Source: an uncultured Candidatus Sumerlaeota bacterium (lineage in GTDB: Bacteria; CAYMEV01). Taken from it: a stretch of 64,000 bases of DNA. Location of the stretch: assembly GCA_964389675.1 (NCBI GenBank), contig CAYMEV010000017.1:1-64000 (forward strand), in the 5' to 3' direction. Below are positions 10,336-20,383 of this stretch, one piece after another. Under the pieces are notes generated by a model. It worked only from the letters and a program-made list of their open reading frames with translations, was not told where the DNA came from and did not search any database. The position numbers were made by a program, and so were the translations under genes. Within the stretch, counting starts at the first letter, position 1; the number at the start of each line of letters is the position of its first letter.

Positions 10336-10659
10336 TCATCTTTTGTTCTTTGTTTTGGGTTCAGGCATTTCCTTTTCTGTAATCCTTATTAATTCACTGA
10401 ACCACTCAGCATTTTCAAATCCATCCTCTATCAGAAAACTGCTTTTCGCTCCAGGATATGGAGGCGCTTCGACGGTCTCCCCAATATATATCCTGCCTCC
10501 CTCGGTTTTCTTGATAAATACCTGATTATCACATATCAGTGCAACAATTTTGTTATTACAGTAGATCGCATACTCCCCGAACATTTTTCTATGACGTATA
10601 GAACCTGCATTATGAATCTGACCAGCAATATATTCCACAAATTCTTTATCTGATGACAT
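10336..10659 (-). CDS. TfoX/Sxy N-terminal domain protein
   Basis: RKMFGEYAIY...ALICDNQVFIK.T, PPYPGAK. Confidence 0.85.
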   Translation of the reverse strand: MSSDKEFVEYIAGQIHNAGSIRHRKMFGEYAIYCNNKIVALICDNQVFIKKTEGGRIYIGETVEAPPYPGAKSSFLIEDGFENAEWFSELIRITEKEMPEPKTKNKR

Positions 10660-10683
10660 TGGACGACCCTTTAAATGAATTAT

Positions 10684-11250
10684 CTATTTTCTCAAACCAA
10701 GCATACCCATTTTAAGCTTTTTCTGGACAGGGTCCGGCCCTAGCCATATAGCATAGAGCGACTGTTTAAACTCATTTCCCTGTATCACTCCAAGATTCCT
10801 TGTTTCACCGCTTTCATCAAATTTTATGCTCGTACTAAGTCCCTCTCCAGGTACATAGCAGAGCCTTATCTCATCACGTTTATTAATTTCTATACTGTCA
10901 AAAAGGGAGATGAATTCACCGTCCTTATCAGTATGATAACCGGAAGCTTTGGCTTTCTCGAATCCCTTTTTGACAGCCTTTAGAAATCTTTCTCTCGTTA
11001 TCAGCCTCGAGGTAATATTCATAATAACAGCAGAAGGCCTGTCAGCCTCTATTATATCCTTTTCAGTCCCGCCTTTCAGTTCTGAGGTAATATAGAGTGA
11101 AGAAGTATACACTGATCCTATAATAGTCATGGTCCTTTTACCTGTACCAACCAGAACAAGGTCTTCTCCGCCAAGCTGAAAAGCATGATTTGAAAGGCAA
11201 AGGGCAGCACTGCATAGAAAAAATATGGAAATCAATAAAGCCTTTTTCAT
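10684..11250 (-). CDS. Secreted chalcone-isomerase-like fold protein
   Basis: Signal peptide; L.G.G.R...VY...LY pattern; C-terminal IWLGPDPVQKKLK.GMLG. Confidence 0.75.
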   Translation of the reverse strand: MKKALLISIFFLCSAALCLSNHAFQLGGEDLVLVGTGKRTMTIIGSVYTSSLYITSELKGGTEKDIIEADRPSAVIMNITSRLITRERFLKAVKKGFEKAKASGYHTDKDGEFISLFDSIEINKRDEIRLCYVPGEGLSTSIKFDESGETRNLGVIQGNEFKQSLYAIWLGPDPVQKKLKMGMLGLRK

Positions 11251-11479
11251 AATAAACTCCTCTTAAAATTTATAGATAAGATCTCATTATTTTCATGTAT
11301 TTTAGGCTTATGTCAACAGAAAGTTGGCCAGGATGATTTAAAGCCTGCTGAGCCATGCTTCTTGAAGCATTCAAAATCAAACTTAATATCATGTATTTCG
11401 TATTTAAAAAATGATGTATTTTTCAGCTTTCTTTCTGCTTTAAGCTTAATAATTTTAATAAAAACAAATTTCTGACTTT

Positions 11480-12583
11480 ATGGAGGGACCTGGAATGAAG
11501 AGTATTTTGTTTATGTGCCCATTTTTATATTTTCTTTTTTTATTAGTTTTTGCAGTATCATGCACACATGCATCTGAAAATTCCTATGGAGGTGAGAAGA
11601 CCATGTTTGACAGGGAGGGATTTAGTAATTACCTGAAATCACTGAAAGCTGATGATGAAAGTATTAAGAACACTATGGGCCTGGTAGATGAATACCTGTC
11701 ATTTGTTAATTCTGATGACAAAAACTATGACTTTGACGGTGTAGAAGCATTCTCAAAGAAAAGTATTGCAGGCAAGGATGATGCCCTTCAGAGAATAATT
11801 GCGCTGGCCAGGTTCTGCAAGTTTACAAACAGGACAAAGGGAATGATATACCTGATCACGCTTTCAAATACAATAGGAGTATTGGAGAGCATTCAGGAGA
11901 GGTCCAGGATAATTGCTGGAGATGAAATTACAGGCAGGATATTTTCTGGCATTAATCCGCCTCCACTGGGTTCATCCATTGAGGACTATCCTGATGTCAT
12001 CAAGAGCCTCCTTAAAAATATGAAAGAGAACCTTCCCCCCTGTAAATACAGGAAGATCCTTGCAGGCAACCACCACCAGCTTCCTGTAGAGTACTTTATA
12101 GAACATAAGGATAAATTTGAAAAACTTGGGTCCATTGACGAGTTTCTGAAATACAGGCATCAAAAGATAATTGAGGAAATGGAAAAATGTATGAACGAAA
12201 AAAGGCTCTGGTATGAACAGAACATTACTCCGGAGGTTATTGAATATATGAATGAGAACCAGGAGGTGAGTTCAGGAATTCGCCAGGGCAATAAGATATT
12301 CATTACAAAAATACCCTATATGGTTGATGAGTACCTTAAAACGGAAAATGAGGACATAAAACCCTATCTTGCCTGTCACTGCCCATTTGTAAGATCTTCT
12401 GTAAAAGAAGGAAAAAGCTCTGTCCCCGATGAATGGTGCTATTGCAGCGGAGGATTCCACAAGCTTATTTTTGATATCATATTTGGAGAGGAAGTAGAAG
12501 TTGAGCTGCTGGAAAGCATAATTTCCGGAGATCCCAGATGCAGGTTCTCAATTACAATTCCTGATAAATACACAGAAGAATAA
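11480..12583 (+). CDS. Cys-rich hypothetical protein (DUF6144/V4R-like C-terminus); start uncertain (alternative ATG at 11603)
   Basis: CHCP...WCYCS.G...VEL.ESI.SGD..C.F.I C-terminal pattern; GGAGGTG RBS before ATG 11603. Confidence 0.6.
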   Translation: MEGPGMKSILFMCPFLYFLFLLVFAVSCTHASENSYGGEKTMFDREGFSNYLKSLKADDESIKNTMGLVDEYLSFVNSDDKNYDFDGVEAFSKKSIAGKDDALQRIIALARFCKFTNRTKGMIYLITLSNTIGVLESIQERSRIIAGDEITGRIFSGINPPPLGSSIEDYPDVIKSLLKNMKENLPPCKYRKILAGNHHQLPVEYFIEHKDKFEKLGSIDEFLKYRHQKIIEEMEKCMNEKRLWYEQNITPEVIEYMNENQEVSSGIRQGNKIFITKIPYMVDEYLKTENEDIKPYLACHCPFVRSSVKEGKSSVPDEWCYCSGGFHKLIFDIIFGEEVEVELLESIISGDPRCRFSITIPDKYTEE

Positions 12584-12716
12584 ACATTTCTCCAGGATAC
12601 AGGATTTCACTTATAGCTGGGGATATATTACCTACGGAATTTTTTCTTGCTCTTTTTTCTTTTTGCCTTGATTCTATAGTTTTGAAACAGAACACTATTA
12701 CAGAGGAATATGAAAC

Positions 12717-13949
12717 TTGAAAAATATATTTAAGAATATATTATTTGCCTTAATTGCCTGCATCATTATTTTTCTATTTCTTGAAGGAATTTCATATATC
12801 GGGCTTCAGTTTATCAAAGACAATAAAACAGATTCTGAAAATAAAAAATTAATTGTAGAGGATGACTGGTATATCTACACTCCTGAGCTTGGATGGGAAT
12901 TTAAACCGAACTACAGCGGGCTTATAACAGGGAAAATGAGATCCTTTGACTCTGATGGAGGGCTGGAGTCAGACAGCATCCAGAGGCACGATAAAAGCAG
13001 GGAGAAAATACTATTTTTGGGAGATTCAATAACCTATGGGTACGGGATTGACACTGAATATACTTTTGTTGAGGTTATTGATAACATGATTCCTGATATA
13101 AATGCAATTAACCTGGGTGTGCCGGGCTATTCATCATACCAGGGCTACAAAATGCTTTTAAAGCATGGAATAAAGATGAAACCTGATATAATAGTCGTGG
13201 CATTCAATTATAATGACCGGAGATATGTCCTTTTTCCAGCTAATATTGACAGCGACAAGAAATTCCAGGCGATAGTCCGCCAGAATATGTATGACAGAAT
13301 AAACAGGTCTCTGAAGCGCTTTGCGCTCTATCGCCTCATGCACGCCATACTGTCAGGGTCATCAGAAAACACAGCATACAGGGAGATTGAATGGACAGGG
13401 AAAATTGACATGGACACCATATTTCCAAGAGTCTCAAAGGAAAGCTACCGGAAAAATCTTGAGAATATAGCCGATACTGCATCTGAAAACGGCATAAGGG
13501 TAATTTTTATGCTTCTATATGATAATCCTGAATTTGTTGATAAAATACGAAAAGGCCGTGAAATGCTCAGAAGTGCGAAATATGATGAAGCAGTTAATAT
13601 GCTTAAGCCTGAAGTCAGACCGGACAATAAGTTTTCAGCACTGGCAAGGGTATACCTTGCCCGGGCCCTGATAGGAAAGGGATTGAATGAAGAGGCCCAA
13701 AGCATCTACATTCTGGACGATGCCTACCATTCAGCCTCCGGGGGAACGCCAATATCACTGGATGATGAGTATAACAGTATTATGGAGGATGTTGCCAGAT
13801 CACGCAATATTCCGGTTTTTGACACCGCTGATATCTTAAAGCATAATGCAGGCCTTTATCTGGATTTCTGCCACTTCAACACAGAGGGCCACCGGCTGAT
13901 AGCCAGGGAGCTCTCCGTTCTCTTGGTAAAAGCGCTTCAAGGGGAATAA
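12717..13949 (+). CDS. Membrane-anchored SGNH/GDSL hydrolase with a TPR-like insertion
   Basis: N-terminal TM; LGDSITYG, NLGVPGYSS, YND and DFCH catalytic blocks. Confidence 0.85.
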   Translation: MKNIFKNILFALIACIIIFLFLEGISYIGLQFIKDNKTDSENKKLIVEDDWYIYTPELGWEFKPNYSGLITGKMRSFDSDGGLESDSIQRHDKSREKILFLGDSITYGYGIDTEYTFVEVIDNMIPDINAINLGVPGYSSYQGYKMLLKHGIKMKPDIIVVAFNYNDRRYVLFPANIDSDKKFQAIVRQNMYDRINRSLKRFALYRLMHAILSGSSENTAYREIEWTGKIDMDTIFPRVSKESYRKNLENIADTASENGIRVIFMLLYDNPEFVDKIRKGREMLRSAKYDEAVNMLKPEVRPDNKFSALARVYLARALIGKGLNEEAQSIYILDDAYHSASGGTPISLDDEYNSIMEDVARSRNIPVFDTADILKHNAGLYLDFCHFNTEGHRLIARELSVLLVKALQGE

Positions 13950-14202
13950 TATCCTTTATAATATCAGTTAATTTCTCTCAGTATTTAATAAAAGCATGTC
14001 AGGATTGAATTTTTATTTATGTTTGTCTGTATTCTCCTCTCTCCTTCTATTTATGGCTTTTTTAATAATGATGCAGATCCGGTATAATGATGCTCTCTAC
14101 CTGTCTGATATTTTCTGCTTGACTTTAGCAAAGGGATTTAGAATTATAGTAGAATTAATAAAAACATTGTTTTAATGAATATATAAGACAAAGGAGATTT
14201 TT

Positions 14203-15054
14203 ATGAATTTTACCAAATCTGCTGGATTTTTTGTTATCCTGAGCTTTTTCAGCATATTGGCCTTTGCTCAGGCTGTCAATGAACATCCTCTTATAAGGCC
14301 TTTTCCCGGATCAACTCTAAATGAAAAGATGTGTAAAAACATGGATTATAATGAATATTCCTTTCATGTTCTTGATACAAAGACAAATAAGAAAACCAAA
14401 GTCGATGTCAAAGGAAAATACTGGAAGCTTCTCTATACTCTCTATGCACCTGATGGTAAATGGGACAGGTCTCACAGTGTGCTTGAGTATAAGGAGAATT
14501 ACAAATCAGAAGCATTAAAGCATAATGGTCAGGTCAAATATGATAAAGGAAACGAACTGGTTTTTACAATTCCTGATGAAAAAGGAGGCACTACCTGGGC
14601 ACATCTCTTTATAACAAATGGCTGTCAGCAGAACCTCGTAATAGTGGAAGAAGCAGCTTTGGATACAAAACTGGAATTCGGGCCTGCAGAGATGAAATCA
14701 GCATTAGACAAAGACGGATACATAGAGCTTTATGATATACTGTTTGATAGTGATAAAGCTACCCTTAAGGTTGAATCATCCAAACAATTAATGGATGTTC
14801 TGCAGCTTTTGAAGGGCAACCCTGGCCTTAAGCTGGAAATACATGGGCATACTGATGATCAGGGCAATGATGACTACAATATGAGCCTTTCAAAGCAAAG
14901 AGCAGAGGCCATTGTATCTTTCTTGCTGCTTTTTGGGATCGACACCACCCGGCTGATACCAAAGGGGTACGGTGAATCAAAGCCGATTGCCACTAATTCA
15001 ACAGAAGAAGGAAGAGCAAAAAACCGCAGGGTAGAGCTGAAAAAAATAAGCTAG
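14203..15054 (+). CDS. OmpA-family peptidoglycan-binding protein
   Basis: Signal peptide; FDSDKA, GHTDDQG..YN..LS..RA, GYGESKP, NRRVE; AAGGAG RBS. Confidence 0.9.
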   Translation: MNFTKSAGFFVILSFFSILAFAQAVNEHPLIRPFPGSTLNEKMCKNMDYNEYSFHVLDTKTNKKTKVDVKGKYWKLLYTLYAPDGKWDRSHSVLEYKENYKSEALKHNGQVKYDKGNELVFTIPDEKGGTTWAHLFITNGCQQNLVIVEEAALDTKLEFGPAEMKSALDKDGYIELYDILFDSDKATLKVESSKQLMDVLQLLKGNPGLKLEIHGHTDDQGNDDYNMSLSKQRAEAIVSFLLLFGIDTTRLIPKGYGESKPIATNSTEEGRAKNRRVELKKIS

Positions 15055-15128
15055 TCCAGAAAAACAGCAATTACTGCATGAAGAAAGCAATCAGCCATAC
15101 AATTTGAGAATATGAGCTGAAAGGGTCA

Positions 15129-15157
15129 AGGGAAAATGGCATTGATTCATTTTCCCT
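15129..15157. terminator. Stem-loop between the convergent ompA-like gene and mvhA
   Basis: AGGGAAAATG-N9-CATTTTCCCT inverted repeat. Confidence 0.55.
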
Positions 15158-15162
15158 GATTT

Positions 15163-16620
15163 TCATATCTTTAAAAGCATGCTTTTATTATGGTCATATA
15201 TGTTTATCCGGGGAAGCCTGGATTCACCTATTGAATGAGAAGCGCATGCAAAACAGGGATCATAGGCCCTGAATGCCATCTCAACCATATTCATGACTGC
15301 AGGGTTTATATTACCTTTTGATATAAGGTTCATGGCAGCCCTTTTAACGCTCAGGGCAATTGGAGCATAATTGTTCGTTGTAGCCACAACAAGGTTCACC
15401 TTTTTTATCAGGCCATTATTATCAAGCTTATAATGGTGGAACAATGTGCCTCTTGCAGCTTCTACTATACCCACTCCTTCACCAGGTTTTCCCGGCATAT
15501 TCCTTATATCCGGCCCGGTAATGTCCGGGTCGTTTACGAGTTCAAGGCCCCTCTCTGTTACATACAGAAGTTCTATCAGCCTGGCCCAGTGAAATGCAAG
15601 TGTATGGTGGACCGGTTTTTTCCCAAAGAAGGAGTAGAACCTGTCATATTCCTTTGATGCTTCAACTGTCCTGATGCCTGAGCTTGTATTTAGCCTTGCA
15701 AGGGGGCCTACCCTGTAGAGTGAAGTGCCTTTACCGTCATTGAACCCTCTCCAGCCCATGCTCTTTATATAAGTAGGCTTAACATAGCTGTTCTGCAATG
15801 GTTTTTCTTCAATATTTTCAAGGTATTCCTGCGGTTCAAACTCAGCAATTTTTACACCTTCTATATCTGAAATCCTTACTTTTCCATCATAAAAATTCAG
15901 ATATCCATCTTCATCCACAAGGCCCATATCGTTTGTAGTCAGAAGAAATGCATCGCTCTTGATTAAATCGAGGTAATCTTTGTTTTGCAGTACTATATCA
16001 TTGAATAGTACAAGGCTTTTTAATGCAAACTGGAAACAGCTGTTGAGCATCATTTCAATTTCCTGCCTTTCCGCTTCCAGAAGTGATTTGGTAACACCCC
16101 CTGGCAGCCCGGCGACAGGATGAGTAGCCTTGCCCCCTATTATCTCCGTCAGTTTCTGGCCATAAGCCCTGTGCTTAATGACATCTTTTGCTATATCAAC
16201 ACCGGCCTTTTCTATCACTCCAAATATATTCCTCTTTTCAGGGGGTGCATCCGGCCCAACGACAAAATCGGGCCCGCCAAGGAAATAAAAATGCAGTATA
16301 TGGTCATAGATGATATAACCGCAATACATAAGCTCCCTGATCTTTTTTGCAGTTGATGTCGCCTCAACATTAAAAGCCATGTCAAGTGTCTTTACAGATG
16401 CCATGTGGTGAGCAACCGGACAGACCCCGCATATCCTGCTTGTTAGCTGAGGCATCAGCTCTGCCCTCCTGCCCTCGCAGAACCTTTCAAATCCCCTTAA
16501 TTCGGGTATAATCAGATAGGCATCCTGTACCTCATCTTTTTCATTCAGGAATATATCAATTCTTCCATGGCCCTCAAGCCTTGTAATAGGGTCAATCGTT
16601 ATCTTTTTCATTCTTTTCAT
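15163..16620 (-). CDS. mvhA: [NiFe] hydrogenase large subunit, Mvh-type (group 3)
   Basis: TRLEGHG, RGFE, RICGVC (L1) and RAYDPCFACASH (L2) plus a C-terminal extension. Start placed at ATG 16620 after GGAGGGAGGT, not 16671. Confidence 0.9.
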   Translation of the reverse strand: MKRMKKITIDPITRLEGHGRIDIFLNEKDEVQDAYLIIPELRGFERFCEGRRAELMPQLTSRICGVCPVAHHMASVKTLDMAFNVEATSTAKKIRELMYCGYIIYDHILHFYFLGGPDFVVGPDAPPEKRNIFGVIEKAGVDIAKDVIKHRAYGQKLTEIIGGKATHPVAGLPGGVTKSLLEAERQEIEMMLNSCFQFALKSLVLFNDIVLQNKDYLDLIKSDAFLLTTNDMGLVDEDGYLNFYDGKVRISDIEGVKIAEFEPQEYLENIEEKPLQNSYVKPTYIKSMGWRGFNDGKGTSLYRVGPLARLNTSSGIRTVEASKEYDRFYSFFGKKPVHHTLAFHWARLIELLYVTERGLELVNDPDITGPDIRNMPGKPGEGVGIVEAARGTLFHHYKLDNNGLIKKVNLVVATTNNYAPIALSVKRAAMNLISKGNINPAVMNMVEMAFRAYDPCFACASHSIGESRLPRINIYDHNKSMLLKI

Positions 16621-17587
16621 ACCTCCCTCCCAGAATAGAAGAAGCCAGGCTGTACATATAGAAGGTGCCAATAGGGTCTCTTATCTTGTCAATTATCTTG
16701 TTTACCTCTTCTTCTGACGCATTTTCTTCATTTTCAAGCATTAAAATTGATGTAAGTGCTGATATCATCTTGCTTCCCGCATCTTTAATATTAGGTGCAG
16801 GCCCCATGCACCCTGTGCAGGGGAAATTGCCGTTTATGCATCTTGAACCGCACCCTGCACGTGTTACAGGCCCCATGCAAATAAGACCCTGTTCAAGAAA
16901 GCATTTTTCCCTGTCAGGAGTGACATGAAGAAGGTCTGTGATTCCCGGCATCCTTTTTTCAGTAACCGGGTTTCTTTCGCATACATCACACAGAGTCTTA
17001 TCCGGCGCGAGGACTGAGCCTTTAGCAGGAAGCTTTCCTTCAAATATCGCATCAAAAGCCTCCACAATCAGTTCAGGCGGAGGAGGGCAACCAGGCAGGT
17101 AATAATCAACATCAACAACCTTATTAAGGGGCTTTACCCTGTTGTGGAATTTCGGAAGGGTTATCTCACCCTCATTGACCTTAGTTAATGTTTGCGGAAC
17201 AAGCTTATCAGGGTTTTTGGTGGAAGGGCTTGAAAGATAAATCCTGTCAAAGACCTCATCTCTTGATGCAAGGTTTGCCAGGCCCGGGATACAGCCTTCA
17301 TGGGCACAGCTTCCAAAAGCGATCATTATCTTTGTCTTCTTCCTGAATAAATGCGCTAATTCCTCCTGTTCATCAGTCCTTACAGAACCGTTGAATAAAA
17401 ATATATCAAAGTAGTTGTCAGGCTTCTTTCTAATATCTTCATATTTTGAGTCCATGGCTACAGGCCAGAATTCTATATCTACTTTTTTAATTACCTCAAG
17501 AACAGTTTCATTAATATCAAGAACAGCTATCTCGCAGCCTCCGCAAGATGCTGCCCAGTAAAAACCTGCTTTCAGCTTCTTATCCAT
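16592..17587 (-). CDS. mvhG: [NiFe] hydrogenase small subunit, Mvh-type
   Basis: ASCGGC, FGSCA, PGCPP, LCDVC, CFLEQG.ICMGP.T..GC..RC....PC.GC.GP. Confidence 0.9.
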   Translation of the reverse strand: MDKKLKAGFYWAASCGGCEIAVLDINETVLEVIKKVDIEFWPVAMDSKYEDIRKKPDNYFDIFLFNGSVRTDEQEELAHLFRKKTKIMIAFGSCAHEGCIPGLANLASRDEVFDRIYLSSPSTKNPDKLVPQTLTKVNEGEITLPKFHNRVKPLNKVVDVDYYLPGCPPPPELIVEAFDAIFEGKLPAKGSVLAPDKTLCDVCERNPVTEKRMPGITDLLHVTPDREKCFLEQGLICMGPVTRAGCGSRCINGNFPCTGCMGPAPNIKDAGSKMISALTSILMLENEENASEEEVNKIIDKIRDPIGTFYMYSLASSILGGRYEKNEKDND

Positions 17588-17599
17588 ATCATACTCCTT

Positions 17600-19267
17600 C
17601 TACACTATGAGGCCGGGATCTTTCGGCTTCCTCTGTTTTTCTTTAACTGACTTAGGTATATAATCAGGCAGGAGTATCGGGCTGATCTTGCTGACTGGTA
17701 CCTGCAGCTCAGCAACCTCTGTCTCATATTTATCAATATGAGAAAGTGTTAATTTGCCAATCCTGGCTTTTTTGGCATAATCTGAACTGTATATGCCGGC
17801 CCTTCTTCCAAATACATTAATATCCAGCTGGGAATTCCCCATAAGCCTGTTCCTTCCATGAACACCGCCTGATGCTTCTCCAGCCACATAAAGCCCGGGG
17901 ATATTTGTTTCACACCTGTCATTAATAGCAATACCGCCATTCTGATAATGAAGTGTGGGATATACAAGTATAGGCTCTTTTGTCATATCTATCCCGAACC
18001 TTTTGAACTGCCTGTGCATAGCGGGAAGATTCTTTTTGATTGTGCCTTCTCCGTTAATAGCCTCTATAATAGGCGTATCAAGCCATACACCCAGCCTTCC
18101 TGTTGGAGTCCTAATTCCAAGCGCTCTTTCCTGGCATTCCCTTATGAATGAAGCGGATTCGACATCCCTGGGTTCCAGGGGGAATACGAAAAGCTCGCCT
18201 TCTTTATTTACAGGCTGTCCTCCCATACCCCTAATCTTCTCAGTGCAGAGGAAACCCACTATCTGCTCCGGATATACTGCACCTGTAGGGTGGTACTGGA
18301 CAGAATCCATGTAAAGAAGCTTAGCCCCGGCCCTATATGCTATTACCAGGCCATCTGCAGTAGCACCATAATGGTTGGTTGTTGCAAAATCCTTTATATG
18401 AAGCCTCCCATAACCTCCTGTTGCAATTACTGTGCTTTTTGCCTTAATAATATGATAATCCTTGTTCTCAAGATGGTATATGACAGCACCTGCACATTTG
18501 CCTTCATCATCGAGAATAATCTCAACTGCAGGTGAATATTCGATCAGCTTTATCTTATCAGGCCTGTTTAAGACCTCATCCCGAAGAACGGAAATAATAG
18601 CCGCACCTGTATAATCCCTTGCAGAATGCATCCTTGGCCTGCATGTGCCTCCGCCGGGCTTTACTGTAAGGCTGCCTTCCTTGTCTTTGTCAAACATGAC
18701 CCCCATGTTTACAAGCCAGTCAATTACATCAGGGCCGTCCAGAACAAGTGCCTTTACAAGCTCGGGGATATTGTCAAAATGGCCCCCTCCTATAACATCA
18801 AGGTAATGCAGCATTGGAGAATCAAAGTCTTTTGTCGCTGCCTGTATACCCCCCTGAGCCATAACGGAGTTTGAATCCCCAAGCCTCAGCTTGGTAAGGA
18901 GAATAACATTGGCTCCGTTTTCAGCAGCCATTAATGAAGCTGCACATCCTGCACTTCCGCCTCCAATAACAAGGACATCTGTCTCATAATCCGGCTGGGC
19001 AAGATCGAATGCGGTTGAGGATATTCTTGAATAGCTTTCCAGGACATCCACCACTTTCGTGGTCAGCTTTTCATCCTTATTTACCCCGACTCTCAGTGTT
19101 TTTCTTGCATCATCCTGATAGTCCGGGTGAAATTTTGACAAGACTTCCTCTCTTTCTTCAGCAGACATGTCAGGGAAAATCTTTGCTCCCTCTCTCTGCA
19201 GTCTTATCCTCTTAGGCCTTGTCAGTTCAAGCTTTTTTATAGATTCTTTCATTGATTCTGGATACAT
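17600..19267 (-). CDS. Soluble fumarate reductase/succinate dehydrogenase/L-aspartate oxidase-family flavoprotein
   Basis: VIGGGSAG, SNSVMAQGG, ATGGYG, QYHPTG, EKIRG, PRD, HYQNGG, HGRNRLMGNS. Confidence 0.85.
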   Translation of the reverse strand: MYPESMKESIKKLELTRPKRIRLQREGAKIFPDMSAEEREEVLSKFHPDYQDDARKTLRVGVNKDEKLTTKVVDVLESYSRISSTAFDLAQPDYETDVLVIGGGSAGCAASLMAAENGANVILLTKLRLGDSNSVMAQGGIQAATKDFDSPMLHYLDVIGGGHFDNIPELVKALVLDGPDVIDWLVNMGVMFDKDKEGSLTVKPGGGTCRPRMHSARDYTGAAIISVLRDEVLNRPDKIKLIEYSPAVEIILDDEGKCAGAVIYHLENKDYHIIKAKSTVIATGGYGRLHIKDFATTNHYGATADGLVIAYRAGAKLLYMDSVQYHPTGAVYPEQIVGFLCTEKIRGMGGQPVNKEGELFVFPLEPRDVESASFIRECQERALGIRTPTGRLGVWLDTPIIEAINGEGTIKKNLPAMHRQFKRFGIDMTKEPILVYPTLHYQNGGIAINDRCETNIPGLYVAGEASGGVHGRNRLMGNSQLDINVFGRRAGIYSSDYAKKARIGKLTLSHIDKYETEVAELQVPVSKISPILLPDYIPKSVKEKQRKPKDPGLIV

Positions 19268-19276
19268 ATCTGCCTC

Positions 19277-19954
19277 CTATTTGAGTTTAATCTCACGTTT
19301 ATAGTATTTTTCACTAAGAGATTTCTTATCAAGAGCCATAAGCTCGTTAATCTCTTTGTCAAATTTCCCCTGCCTGATTTCCTCTAAACGTTTCTGCAGC
19401 TGCTTTGATCTCGGAGCAAGGTACCTTCCATATAGCCTCCTTGCCATTATAGCAGCATTATACTGCACAATCTCTGCAGGACATCTGAGAGCGCATAATC
19501 CACATCTTATACAGTCAAAGGACAGGTCCGCAGCAAGTGCTATATCTCCTCTTTCAAGTGCATTAACATAATCCATGACCTGAATATCCTGAGGACATGC
19601 TTTTGTACATGTATTACAGGACACACATCTGAATAATGACGGGTAATACTCCTCAAATGTCCCTACGGAAGGTTCCAGTTCATTAATATCGTATATTGCC
19701 TTTTCCGCAGGCACAAAGGGGATCTGTGCAATATACATACCGTTTTCAACTACTGTCTGGCATGCAAGGCCGGTATATATCCTGTAATCCTTCTCTTTCC
19801 TGTAAACTGTTGCACACGCACCGCAGAACCCTTCCCTGCACCCGACCCCCCTCTTGAAAACGAAGCCGGAATATTCCATAGCACCTACAATAGTTAAGCC
19901 CTCAGGAACATCATAGGTTTCTCCCATTATATGAACCTTAACCATTTTCAGCAT
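19277..19954 (-). CDS. FrdB/SdhB-like iron-sulfur protein ([2Fe-2S] + 2x[4Fe-4S])
   Basis: GCREGFCGAC...LAC; CVSCNTCTKAC and CIRCGLCALRC. Confidence 0.85.
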   Translation of the reverse strand: MLKMVKVHIMGETYDVPEGLTIVGAMEYSGFVFKRGVGCREGFCGACATVYRKEKDYRIYTGLACQTVVENGMYIAQIPFVPAEKAIYDINELEPSVGTFEEYYPSLFRCVSCNTCTKACPQDIQVMDYVNALERGDIALAADLSFDCIRCGLCALRCPAEIVQYNAAIMARRLYGRYLAPRSKQLQKRLEEIRQGKFDKEINELMALDKKSLSEKYYKREIKLK

Positions 19955-19960
19955 AATATG

Positions 19961-20380
19961 TTACCTCCTTGTTAAAGGTTTGGGAGCTGGTCCCAAATAT
20001 TTTATATTAGAAATAAATTCATTCATTGTTTTAGCAAATTTATTGCCCTCCGAAGCAGATATCCATTCAAGCCTTAGTCTTTCCTCCTCAAATCCAAGGG
20101 ATTTAATAATCTTCTTTAGAAGAGCTACCCTGCGCAGAGTCTTATAATTGCCATTCTGATAATGACAGTCGCCAGGGTGGCACCCGCCTATAAAAACACC
20201 GTCTGCCCCCTTTTCAAAGGCTCTCAGGATATGCTGAGGGTCTATTCTTGATGAACACATGACTCTGATTGATACGCCGTTGGGCCTGTATTCCATCCTT
20301 GAAGTACCTGCAAGGTCAGCACCGGCATAGGTGCACCATTTACATAAAAAACAGACAATTTTAGGCTCAAAGACTTTCAT
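19961..20380 (-). CDS. mvhD: Hydrogenase delta subunit ([2Fe-2S] Hdr adaptor)
   Basis: FLCKWCTYAGADLAG, RVMCS.R, GCHPGDCHY..GN, WISASE. Confidence 0.93.
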   Translation of the reverse strand: MKVFEPKIVCFLCKWCTYAGADLAGTSRMEYRPNGVSIRVMCSSRIDPQHILRAFEKGADGVFIGGCHPGDCHYQNGNYKTLRRVALLKKIIKSLGFEEERLRLEWISASEGNKFAKTMNEFISNIKYLGPAPKPLTRR

Positions 20381-20383
20381 ATA

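Noticed and set aside
9479-15054. Run of unrelated small genes as a possible integron cassette array or island
   Set aside because: Mixed orientations; I saw no attC-like repeats, integrase, transposase or flanking direct repeats.
16621-16671. N-terminal extension of MvhA in the ORF track
   Set aside because: Lies inside mvhG; a strong RBS directly precedes ATG 16620 and the family motif starts right after.
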